Of a stretch of DNA of 64,000 nucleotides, positions 10,517 through 18,952 are shown piece after piece. Under the pieces are notes generated by a model that ran no database searches, was not told the DNA's origin, and saw nothing but the letters and a program-made list of their open reading frames with translations. The position numbers and the translations under genes were made by a program. The DNA is taken from positions 352,001 through 416,000 of the forward strand of contig CAVVMW010000005.1 in NCBI GenBank assembly GCA_963749495.1, given 5' to 3'. This stretch comes from an uncultured bacterium. GTDB taxonomy: Bacteria > Verrucomicrobiota > Verrucomicrobiia > Limisphaerales > UBA8199. Positions within the stretch are counted from its first letter, which is position 1. Each line of letters begins with the position of its first letter.

Positions 10517-10741
10517 AAGGCCTCAGTGAAGGCGGGAGCGTCACGGAGGCAGACCCCTCACCCCGGCCCTCTCCCCATCGGATGGGGAGAGGGAGAATTC
10601 TCCGCAGTCGCTCGAGGGACCAGAGATGCCTGGAAGTTCAAGAGACTGCCGACGCTTCTCCCTCTCCCCTTCGGAAGGGGAGAGGGCTGGGGTGAGGGGT
10701 CCGCCGGGGACTCCGTCCCCGCCGTCACTGACCGATTGCAA
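10517..10741. repeat. ~220-bp BIME/MITE-like element (copy 2, inverted relative to copy 1)
   Basis: REP arms at 10552-10597 and 10656-10701; flanks match those of 3290-3515. Confidence 0.85.
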
Positions 10742-10748
10742 CCGAAGC

Positions 10749-10878
10749 ATGAAAATCGTTGAAAAACCCTGGGGCCGCGAAATCTGGGTCGCCGTCACCC
10801 AAGAGTATGCCCTTAAGATCATCGAGTTCAAAAAGGGAAGCCGTTCCAAGCTTCAACACCACCGGAAGTGAAACCCTC
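10749..10878 (+). pseudogene. Truncated cupin (mannose-6-phosphate isomerase type II-like) N-terminus
   Basis: MKIVEKPWGREIW...YALKII...LQHHRK followed by ETL in a shifted frame, then no further similarity. Confidence 0.7.
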
Positions 10879-12040
10879 GAACCAGAGGCCGAAGGTCGTC
10901 GTACTCGGGGCGGGTGCCACCGGTCGCGGCCACGTAGGGCTGCTGGCCTGGCAGGCGGGGGCGCACGTTGTTTTTGCCGATGCCAATGAAAGGCTGGTTC
11001 GCGCCCTCCAGCAGGCCGGTTCGTATCGCGTGGATATTCACGATGGCAAGACTTGCCGGCCGGTGGTCGTGGAGGGAGCGGATTACCTGAGCGCCGCTCA
11101 GCGCGAGGCCGTTTCCCGGCACATTGCGGATGCCGACCTGGTGCTGACTTCGGTCTTCGATCAGAACCTTCCGGACGTTGCGATGACTGTGGCGCTCGCC
11201 GCCAAGCGTTGCCGTGAAGCCGGGCGCACCCAGCCGCTGAACTTCATTGCGTGCGAGAACATGCAAAACAGCTCTTCCACGCTGGGCCGGCATGTGCGCG
11301 AGGCCCTGGCCGGGGAAGATTTGGATTATTGTCGCCGTTACTTCGGGTTTCCGGATTGCATGATCAGCCGGGTGGTGCCCCAACCTGAGCCTGATCCGCT
11401 GGTAATTACCGCCGAGGATTACAACGAGTGGACCGCCCGGCGTCAGGATTTCAAAGGCCAAGCCCCGGCGTGGCTGACGGCCTTGGAGCTTGTGGACAAC
11501 CAGGACGCGCGGCTCGAACGCAAGCTCTTCATGCACAACGGCGGCCATGCGATCTGCGGCTATCTGGGTTTCCATTACGGGCATCGCCACATCCACGAAG
11601 CCGTGGCCGATGCGAGAGTTGCCCGGTGTGTGGTCGGGGCCTGCGATCAGATCGGCGAAGTGGTCCGGCGCAAGCACGGGTTTCCGGTGGAAAACATCGA
11701 GGCATACAAGAACGATTTGTATCGCCGCGGCGCCATTCCCGAGATGCGTGACCAGATACTGCGGGTCGTGCGGCAGCCCTTGCGCAAGCTGGGCGGACAG
11801 GAGCGTCTGGTGGCTCCGGCCCGCCTTGCTTTTCAATACGGGCTCCCGCGCGACCAGATCGTCCGGGGTATTGTGGCCGCGCTCAAATATCAGCATCCCG
11901 GCGATCCTCAATCGCTGGAGATGCAACGCGCGATCCAGGAGAATGGCATTAAGGGCTTGCTGTGCAAGGTGAGCCAGTTGACGCCGGAGGAGCCGTTGAT
12001 CGCAGAAATCGAAGATGCCTGGGCTGCCTGGCACCTCTAA
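10868..12040 (+). CDS. Mannitol-1-phosphate 5-dehydrogenase-like polyol-phosphate dehydrogenase
   Basis: LGAGATGRG Rossmann motif, IACEN, ISRVVP, EDYNEW, ERKLFMHNGGHA, RQPLRKLG..ERL (MtlD family). Confidence 0.85.
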   Translation: MKPSNQRPKVVVLGAGATGRGHVGLLAWQAGAHVVFADANERLVRALQQAGSYRVDIHDGKTCRPVVVEGADYLSAAQREAVSRHIADADLVLTSVFDQNLPDVAMTVALAAKRCREAGRTQPLNFIACENMQNSSSTLGRHVREALAGEDLDYCRRYFGFPDCMISRVVPQPEPDPLVITAEDYNEWTARRQDFKGQAPAWLTALELVDNQDARLERKLFMHNGGHAICGYLGFHYGHRHIHEAVADARVARCVVGACDQIGEVVRRKHGFPVENIEAYKNDLYRRGAIPEMRDQILRVVRQPLRKLGGQERLVAPARLAFQYGLPRDQIVRGIVAALKYQHPGDPQSLEMQRAIQENGIKGLLCKVSQLTPEEPLIAEIEDAWAAWHL

Positions 12041-12055
12041 CCAGTTTGCAGAACT

Positions 12056-13474
12056 ATGATACACGTTGACCCAAAGACTCTGACGCTGATGAAGCTGGAC
12101 CTTGATCAGCGGGAAGAGGCCATTCGCCGCTATGTCTGTGAAGCCCTGGAATCGCTTGCCCCGGCAGATCTGCGGGACACGATTGTGGCTGCCTTCTTCG
12201 TCGCCGCCCGAAGCATGACCGTGCAGGCGGTGGGAGCCGAGATTTCCTACCACATGACCAGCGGTGTGCGCTCGGCCAGCCCCGGCTCGTTGCTGGACCA
12301 GTGCAGCGGGAGGGTCGTGGACTACGTTCACTTCGAGCCGAACGGGCGCACCGGCGTTGTCCGGGTCGCGTTTCCGCTGAAGATGCTGCTGCACGAAGAT
12401 GGCGGTTTATACACGACGGACATCCTGCACATCACGGCCGGCGAAGGCACCTTCGGCCTCACCGAGCACGCCGACATCAAGCTGGTGTGGGTGGATATGT
12501 CCGACAAATCGCTGAATCGCTTTCCCGGACCCGCTCACGGCGCTCCCGGAGTCCGCCAGTTGACCGGTTTGGCCGACAACGAGATCGCCTTTGGAACGAT
12601 CCTCAAACCATGTACGGGCATCACGCCCGAAGAAGAATCCGCCATCATCTCGCAAGCGGCGGCCAATCCCCTGTTCATCTTCGTCAAAGAGGACGAGAAT
12701 TTTCTTCCCGGGGTGTCCTTCGCTCCCTTGCGCGAGCGCCTGCGTCACGCCAAACAGGCCATCGAGCGGGCAAAAGAGCGGCGTCGAGGCAAAGGCCTGA
12801 TTTTTGCCCCGCACATCGGAGCCCCGCCCCAGCATCTGCCGGCCCTGGTTGACATGGCAGCGGAGGCCGGCATGAACGGGATCATGTTCAGCGAGTACTA
12901 CACGGGCGGCGCGGTCCGGATGGCTCGGGAGCAACTGCGCCGCCTGCCGTGTCCTCCCGTCATTTACGGTCACAATGGCGGGATCTCCTGCCGAACGCGG
13001 CACGTGTATCGGGAGGTCCTGGACTACTTTGCCCGGCTTGACGGCGTCGATTTCCGCCAGACGGCGCCGCTAAGCTGCACCGGTGAGAGTCTGCTGCGGC
13101 CGGTTGGACTCGAGTGGCGCAAATGCGAGGAAGCCCTCTCCCGCCCCGCCGGAGGTCATCCGGTGGTGATGATGGCCCGGGCGGGCGGGCTGGATCAGGG
13201 CAACATTATTCAGAACCTCATGGACGTTTCGCGGCATGGTTCCGCAGGCAACTATTTGTTCCTGGCGGGTTCGGCCATCAACGGCATAAAAAACAAGGCG
13301 GGGGAATATGACCCCGGAATCGGGGCGTTGGCGATGGAACAGGCGCTGCAGCTCTTTAAGAGGCGCGTCTGCACTTCACCCGACCAGTTGAACCCGCAGG
13401 CGCTCGCATCCTGCGCCAGCTCCAACGGGATGCCCGAATTGGCCGAAGCGCTCCGTCAGCGATACCGGCTCTGA
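12056..13474 (+). CDS. RuBisCO-like protein (form IV RLP)
   Basis: RVAFPL, FPGPAHG..GVR, GTILKP, FVKEDEN (KxDE), YGHN, ARLDGVD, AGGL motifs; no small subunit gene nearby. Confidence 0.88.
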   Translation: MIHVDPKTLTLMKLDLDQREEAIRRYVCEALESLAPADLRDTIVAAFFVAARSMTVQAVGAEISYHMTSGVRSASPGSLLDQCSGRVVDYVHFEPNGRTGVVRVAFPLKMLLHEDGGLYTTDILHITAGEGTFGLTEHADIKLVWVDMSDKSLNRFPGPAHGAPGVRQLTGLADNEIAFGTILKPCTGITPEEESAIISQAAANPLFIFVKEDENFLPGVSFAPLRERLRHAKQAIERAKERRRGKGLIFAPHIGAPPQHLPALVDMAAEAGMNGIMFSEYYTGGAVRMAREQLRRLPCPPVIYGHNGGISCRTRHVYREVLDYFARLDGVDFRQTAPLSCTGESLLRPVGLEWRKCEEALSRPAGGHPVVMMARAGGLDQGNIIQNLMDVSRHGSAGNYLFLAGSAINGIKNKAGEYDPGIGALAMEQALQLFKRRVCTSPDQLNPQALASCASSNGMPELAEALRQRYRL

Positions 13475-13602
13475 TCTCAGAAAATTGCCTGCGCCTCAGG
13501 TCCCGGAAAGCCAGTGGAACAGCCAAGTCCGGGAGTGGATCTGCACGGCAGGAATAAGCCGGGGACTTGACCGATCTGCTCCGGCGAGTTAGAACCTTGG
13601 CC

Positions 13603-14853
13603 ATGAAAGCACATTTGACGCTCCTGTTGATCTTGGCCGCAGCTCGCGTCGCTTCCGCGGCCGACCTGCCCGAACCGGTCGTGCCCCAAGGTGCCGGTGT
13701 GAACATCCATTTCGTCCGCGGTCACGAACGCGACCTCGACCTCGTTGCCGCCGCCGGCTTCAAGTTCATCCGCATGGACTTCGCCTGGGGCGCTATCGAA
13801 CGCAGGAAAGGCGAATACAACTGGACCGACTACGACGGCCTGGCCGCCAATCTCGAGAATCGCGGACTGCGGGCCATTTACATACTGGACTATTCCAACG
13901 GTCTCTACGAAGAGGCCGGCGCCTCGCCCCGGCATTCCGAGAGCGTCGCCGCCTTTGCCCGCTGGGCGGGCGCGGCCGCCCGGCATTTCCAGGGACGCCG
14001 CATCATCTGGGAGATCTGGAACGAGCCGAACATCGCGCAATTCTGGAAACCCAAGCCCGACGTGCGCGAGTACATCGCCCTCGCCCAGGCTGCCTGCCGC
14101 GCCCTGCGTGAGAGCAATCCCCACGCCACCATCATCGCTCCCGCCTCCTCCGAGTTTCCCTGGGCGTTCCTCGAAGCGGTGTGCGAGTCGGGCCTGCTCG
14201 AACAACTCGACGCCGTCAGTGTCCATCCCTATCGCGGACCCCAGCGCCCGCCGGAAACGGCCGCCACGGACTACCTCAAACTGCGCGCCCTCATCGAGCG
14301 CTGCGCCTCACCCGAGAAAAAGACCCTCCCCATCGTGAGCGGCGAGTGGGGCTATTCCACCCACAGCCGGGGCGTCTCCCTCGACACCCAGGCCGCCTTC
14401 CTCGCCCGCCAGCAACTGGCCAACCTGTGGCAGGGCGTTCCGCTCTCGATATGGTACGACTGGAAGAACGACGGCGACGACCCGGCCGAAAACGAGCACA
14501 ACTTCGGGACCGTTTATCCCAACCTCCGCCCCAAGCCCGCGTTCGCGGCCCTCCAGGTCATGACCCGCGAACTGGCCGGCTGCCGCGTCGCGCGCCGCCT
14601 CGACGCCGGCCAACCCGATTGCTATGTCCTGCTATTGGTCAACTCCGCCGGCGCGCAGAAGCTCGCCGCCTGGAGCATCGCCGGCCCGCAACCAGCCAGC
14701 GTCAACATCGGACTCGATGCCCCCGGCGATGTCGCCATCGTTGACGGCAAGGGCCAACCGCAAGCGGTGAACCTCGAGCAAACCCGCCTCCACTTGGTGC
14801 TGGCGCCCCTGCCGCAATACATCACGTTGAAAAAGCCCAGCCGCACGCTCTGA
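13603..14853 (+). CDS. Secreted clan GH-A glycoside hydrolase (GH5/GH39-like)
   Basis: Signal peptide; IRMDFAW, WEIWNEPN, VSVHPY, SGEWGY. Confidence 0.8.
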   Translation: MKAHLTLLLILAAARVASAADLPEPVVPQGAGVNIHFVRGHERDLDLVAAAGFKFIRMDFAWGAIERRKGEYNWTDYDGLAANLENRGLRAIYILDYSNGLYEEAGASPRHSESVAAFARWAGAAARHFQGRRIIWEIWNEPNIAQFWKPKPDVREYIALAQAACRALRESNPHATIIAPASSEFPWAFLEAVCESGLLEQLDAVSVHPYRGPQRPPETAATDYLKLRALIERCASPEKKTLPIVSGEWGYSTHSRGVSLDTQAAFLARQQLANLWQGVPLSIWYDWKNDGDDPAENEHNFGTVYPNLRPKPAFAALQVMTRELAGCRVARRLDAGQPDCYVLLLVNSAGAQKLAAWSIAGPQPASVNIGLDAPGDVAIVDGKGQPQAVNLEQTRLHLVLAPLPQYITLKKPSRTL

Positions 14854-15267
14854 AGTCCTGGCCAAGCCGATGGGAGAACAAGGCAGAGGATTGTTTTCAT
14901 CGCAAAGTCATTCGCTCAATTCGTTGCTCATCCGTTCCCGGGACTGTGCCCCTGGTTGACGCTGTGGCGCAAGCACGCAGTTCCCTGCAGCAAAACGTGG
15001 GCATGACGGTCCTGACTCCAGAAGAACGGTTTGCCAATCACAAGCCGCCCGCAATTCCGCAATCAGGCGCGGAAACTGGATACCGTTGTCGGCCCATTTG
15101 TTGGGTTCAGTCATAATGTCCTCTCCTTCCTGACGATGGCCTCGTCAGTGCGCGAATCACGCGCAGACCCTTGCGGGTTTCGGCCTTGCAGAGGGAGACG
15201 AAGCGGAATAATCTGCCGACACGAAGCCGAATCGCTGATATGCCTGCTTTTGTTGGCACTGCTGCCC

Positions 15268-16855
15268 ATGAAACATTGTTGGATTACCCTCTCGTCTCTG
15301 CTCCTGGCTGCCTGGAGCATCGTGGCCGCCGACACTAATTCCACCCAGCAGCACGCCGCCGCACTCGGCGAAAGCGTCCTTCGCCTGCTGGAATCCCGGA
15401 ACGTGGAGAGTTTTGCCGATGCGCTGGCGTTCACAAACCAATTCAACCGAAGGATCGTCTCGAATAGTGCTCGACTGGTCCTGGATCAGGCGACGCGTCA
15501 GGGCCTCGATCCTGCGCGCGTGCATTTTCGGGTCAAGAATCTCTTGGCCAAGGCCACCGGGACCTCCCAGAATCCGCAAAACTCAACCAAAGGGGATGTC
15601 CTGCCGACCTCGTGGGGCATACGAATCACACTCGATGGAGAACCGGTGAACGATGACGTGGCCGGCAGGGCGCTGCGGGGCGAATATGAGTTGGCCTTGG
15701 GCGGCTCCTCTGAGTTCCCCGACGGTTGGCGCACGTACGAGGGCATCCGCTGGAGCCGTTTTCCAGAGGGGCTCCCGGATGAACGCACGAAGCGGGAAAT
15801 GTTGCTGGTCTCGAACATCGTTGCGCGTGTCGGCGAACCGCTCCATGCAGCCGACGATCCCGGGTTAAAGGAATTGGGCAATACCCTCGTCCGATTCCTT
15901 GGACAGCATAATGAGAAAGCTTTCGAGAGCGAAGCCCTTCTCTCTTTCGAGGAGTGCTGGGAGGGATTGACAAGAAAGCTCACCGACTCCGGCGCGGCCG
16001 AGCAGCCCCCAAGAAAGGAAATCCAGGACTTGTGGAATATCCAGCATGGTGCGCTTGTGGAATCAGCGCGGGCGGTGCTGGCCCAAGGCGAGATCCTCGG
16101 AATCAATTTCTCGGGCGCCGAAATCACGCTCAAGGATGTGATTGCGGTCCACCCATATATGCGGGGCGGATACGGGGCCGTGGATGGCGTCGATGCGGGG
16201 CCGCTCCGGTTCATATTGGGCGTGAGGTCGGACAAGAAGTCGAAGGCCGGAACGTCCCATCGCGGGAGACTACACGCTTACGGCAATACGGGGGCTGCGA
16301 GGTCCGGCACGGTGGACCATCGAAGACCGGCTCCGCTGGGAGAAATTCCCCGGCGGCTTGCTCGGAGAAAAGGAAGTCGCAGACCTGGCTTTTGAAAACT
16401 ACGTGGCCGAGCACGATGTCCTTCCGCCGGGCACAGCCGCACCCGACATCGAGTTCGTCCGGTTGGACAATGAAACCAAGGCGAAGCTGTCCGATTTTCG
16501 GGGCAAGGTAGTGCTGTTGGAGTGGTGGTCAACATACTGCGGGCCATGCCAGCGGCCAATGGCAGAGCTACAGGCGCTCGGAGTGCATCGCCCCGAGTGG
16601 AAGGGTAAGGTCGAGATCATCACGGTTAGCATTGATGACGATCTGCGTCAGGCCAAAGAACATCTGGCAAAGCAGGGGTGGACGAACTGCGTTAACGCCT
16701 GGGCTGGTCCCGGGGGCTGGATGTCTGGTCCTGCCAAGCAGTTCCGGCTTCACGCCCTGCCGACCTGTTACATGATCGGCTCCGAAGGGAAGGTCGCGCA
16801 TGCGGGGTATCCTTGGAGTGTTTCACCGGAGGACCTGCGCCGATTCGCTCAGTGA
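15268..16855 (+). CDS. Secreted protein with duplicated N-terminal domain and C-terminal TlpA-like thioredoxin (frameshift near 16251)
   Basis: LSDFRGKVVLLEWWSTYCGPC; removing one A in GGAACGT joins the two ORFs; internal repeats end RWSRFPEGL and RWEKFPGGL. Confidence 0.75.
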
Positions 16856-16998
16856 CCAGATGCCGGCGCGTCCAGTCTTCGCCGAGGATGGCCCGGCCCA
16901 ATGCTTCCGCCTCGGGATCGCGGGTAAACACTCGCTCCCGGACCTGGCCGGCGTGGGTGCAGGGGATACACCTTGCTCCAAGACAGTGGCGGCAGGTT

Positions 16999-17161
16999 CT
17001 CAGGGATTTGGTTAGCATGGGGATACTGCGGACGTTGGAAGTGACACGGCTTGTGACCTGTCCGCCGCATTAACCGGGGTCACCGGCCACTGTGCGATTA
17101 TGGGGTTGCCAAGCTGGCCTGGATCAGCATATTCGGGCCATGCGGAAGCGGGTTTATATCG
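16999..17161 (+). repeat. Conserved 163-bp upstream element A (copy 1), including a putative leaderless promoter
   Basis: Highly similar to 25681-25843; TTGCCA-16 nt-CATATT-6 nt-ATG. Confidence 0.75.
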
Positions 17162-17873
17162 TGCTTGCTGCGTTGCTGCTCGCCGTGATTGGGCTGGCGA
17201 TATGGGAGGGAACGCGCAAACGGGAGCCCAGCCGGCTTACAACGGGAAGCGACTGAGCTACTGGGTTAACCATGTGGCCTGGGACGGTTGGACCGAAGCT
17301 AGCAAAATGACCTTCGAGTCAAACGCAGTCCCTTTTTTAATCAAGTGCTTGGAGAAGCGCGAGAGTCCGCTGCGCCGGTTCTATTGGACAGCGTGGCCTA
17401 AGCTGCCCAGGTGGATAAGGAACCGATTGCCAAACGCCATGTCTCAGCAAGCCCACTCCAGGACGGTTCGAGCCGGCGTGACAATGGCCTTGGGCAATAT
17501 GGGGACGGACGCGAAGCCTGCAATTCCAGTGTTGATTCGGATGCTTGGAGGGGACGATTTCGTGGAGAGTTCGCTCGCGATAGGCCCACTGGGCAACCTT
17601 GCGTTAGAGGAGCCGTTTGGGGAACCGTCGGCTAAGCGGGCGCTGATCAACGCACTGAATCGACACCGAAGGTGGGAGATCCGCCAACAGATTGCGCAGG
17701 AGGTGGTAAACCGGGCCTATAGAGAACAGGACTTCGTGAGCGCACTTCGCGAATGGCTGACCGACACCAATCCTGTGGCGCGGACATTGGCAACCGATCT
17801 ACTCCAGCGCGCTGCGCACCGGGCCTCCGAATCCAACGCCGCTGAGGGTAAACTCCCAGAGAAGTCGGAGTGA
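17140..17873 (+). CDS. Membrane-anchored HEAT-repeat protein (frameshift near 17230)
   Basis: MRKRVYIVLAALLL..REP / AYNGKRLSYW, NAVPFLIKCL, ALGNMG.DAKPAIPVLI. Confidence 0.7.
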
Positions 17874-17902
17874 ACACCAACTCCCCGGGCTTGGAACCGA
17901 CG

Positions 17903-18168
17903 CGCCGCATTCCCGCCCGCCATTCCTGACGAGCGTCACTCTGCGATTTATCGGCCTATTTCTTCTCGCCGAGCAGCTTGACGGCGGCCAGATCATCCTC
18001 AGTCAGGCCTAGGGCAGCCAGGGCTTGCGCACGGGTGATGGCTTGTGCCGACAGCTTGGACTTGACGAGGCGCCTGGTGCCCGTGCTCTTGCGCAATTGG
18101 CCCAGATCGGGGATACACCCCTGCTGTGTGGCGGGATGCAGCCAAGCGGTGGCGAGGATCAGACGGTT
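17903..18168 (-). repeat. Element B (copy 1): 3' fragment of an unknown gene
   Basis: Encodes NRLILATAWL...ITRAQALAALGLTEDDLAA; similar to 25849-26117. Confidence 0.75.
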
Positions 18169-18314
18169 CGCCCCCTCATCCGCCGAGGCAGCATTCCCCC
18201 TAAAAACGGCATTCGAAGAAGCTGGCCAGAGCCCCATGGGCCTGATTCTCCGGGTATGCCGCCTCAAATAGCTCCCATCAGGGCTCACCCTCAAGTTGAG
18301 GGCGCCAGTGCGCC

Positions 18315-18936
18315 AGGGCCAGAGGCCCGGAATGTGATAGCCTGGGCTGGAGCGAGTCAGACGAGCGGAGGCCCAGGTCAACCACCGTCGCGAACCTCCT
18401 CAGCCCTGTAAGATTCCCGGAACGAATTCGCGCTTTGCGCCCCTGAACCTCGACACTGCGTTCCCGTCCCGCGTAGCGTTTTGGACTGCGGCAGTCCTCT
18501 GCCGCTTTTCCAACCCCAGCGCGCACGAAAGCGGCAGAGGACTGCCGCAGTCCAAAACCTTCGGACTTGGTGTCGGTTCATGGGGAGCCCCCTTTGGCTT
18601 CTGCCAATGCATTGGGACCGTGAACCGGTCAGGGGCCCCGAGGCTGCGAAGCGTTTTGGACTGCGGCAGTCCTCTGCCGCTTTTCCAACCCCAGAGCGCA
18701 CGAAAGCGGCAGAGGACTGCCGCAGTCCAAAACCTTCGGACTTGGTGTCGGTTCATGGGGAGGGCGTCACCCCTCATGTCCCAATCTCTGGCCAACATCG
18801 TTGTTCACCTCGTCTTCAGCACCAAAAGCCATCTTCCGCCCCTACAGGGCGGAGGAAACGTCTCTTTCGGCTCCTACCTGGGGCTCTGCGCATGCGCGCT
18901 TCACCCCAGGCTTTCACATTGCGGGCCTTCGGCCCT
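18315..18936. mobile_element. Degenerate REPtron-like locus: inverted REPs around a truncated IS200/RAYT-type tnpA
   Basis: Inverted arms at 18315-18347 and 18904-18936; MSQSLANIVVHLVFSTK at 18776-18830. Confidence 0.65.
18477..18760. repeat. Tandem REP doublets (GCGTTTTGGACTGCGGCAGTCCTCTGCCGCTTT family)
   Basis: Two nearly identical ~108-bp units starting at 18477 and 18651, each an inverted pair. Confidence 0.9.
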
Positions 18937-18952
18937 CTTGTTGTGCAGGCTA

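Noticed and set aside
12056..13474. Bona fide CO2-fixing RuBisCO
   Set aside because: Several catalytic residues appear substituted (K177, N123, R295, H327), and there is no cbbS, prk or other cbb gene in the window.
14908..15114. Small ORF MTEPNKWADNGIQFPRLIAEL, possibly a phage-like remnant
   Set aside because: Too short and without supporting context to call.
18477..18760. CRISPR array
   Set aside because: Units are inverted palindromic pairs with near-identical internal spacers, also dispersed at 42.2 and 63.6 kb, and there are no cas genes. This is REP-like.
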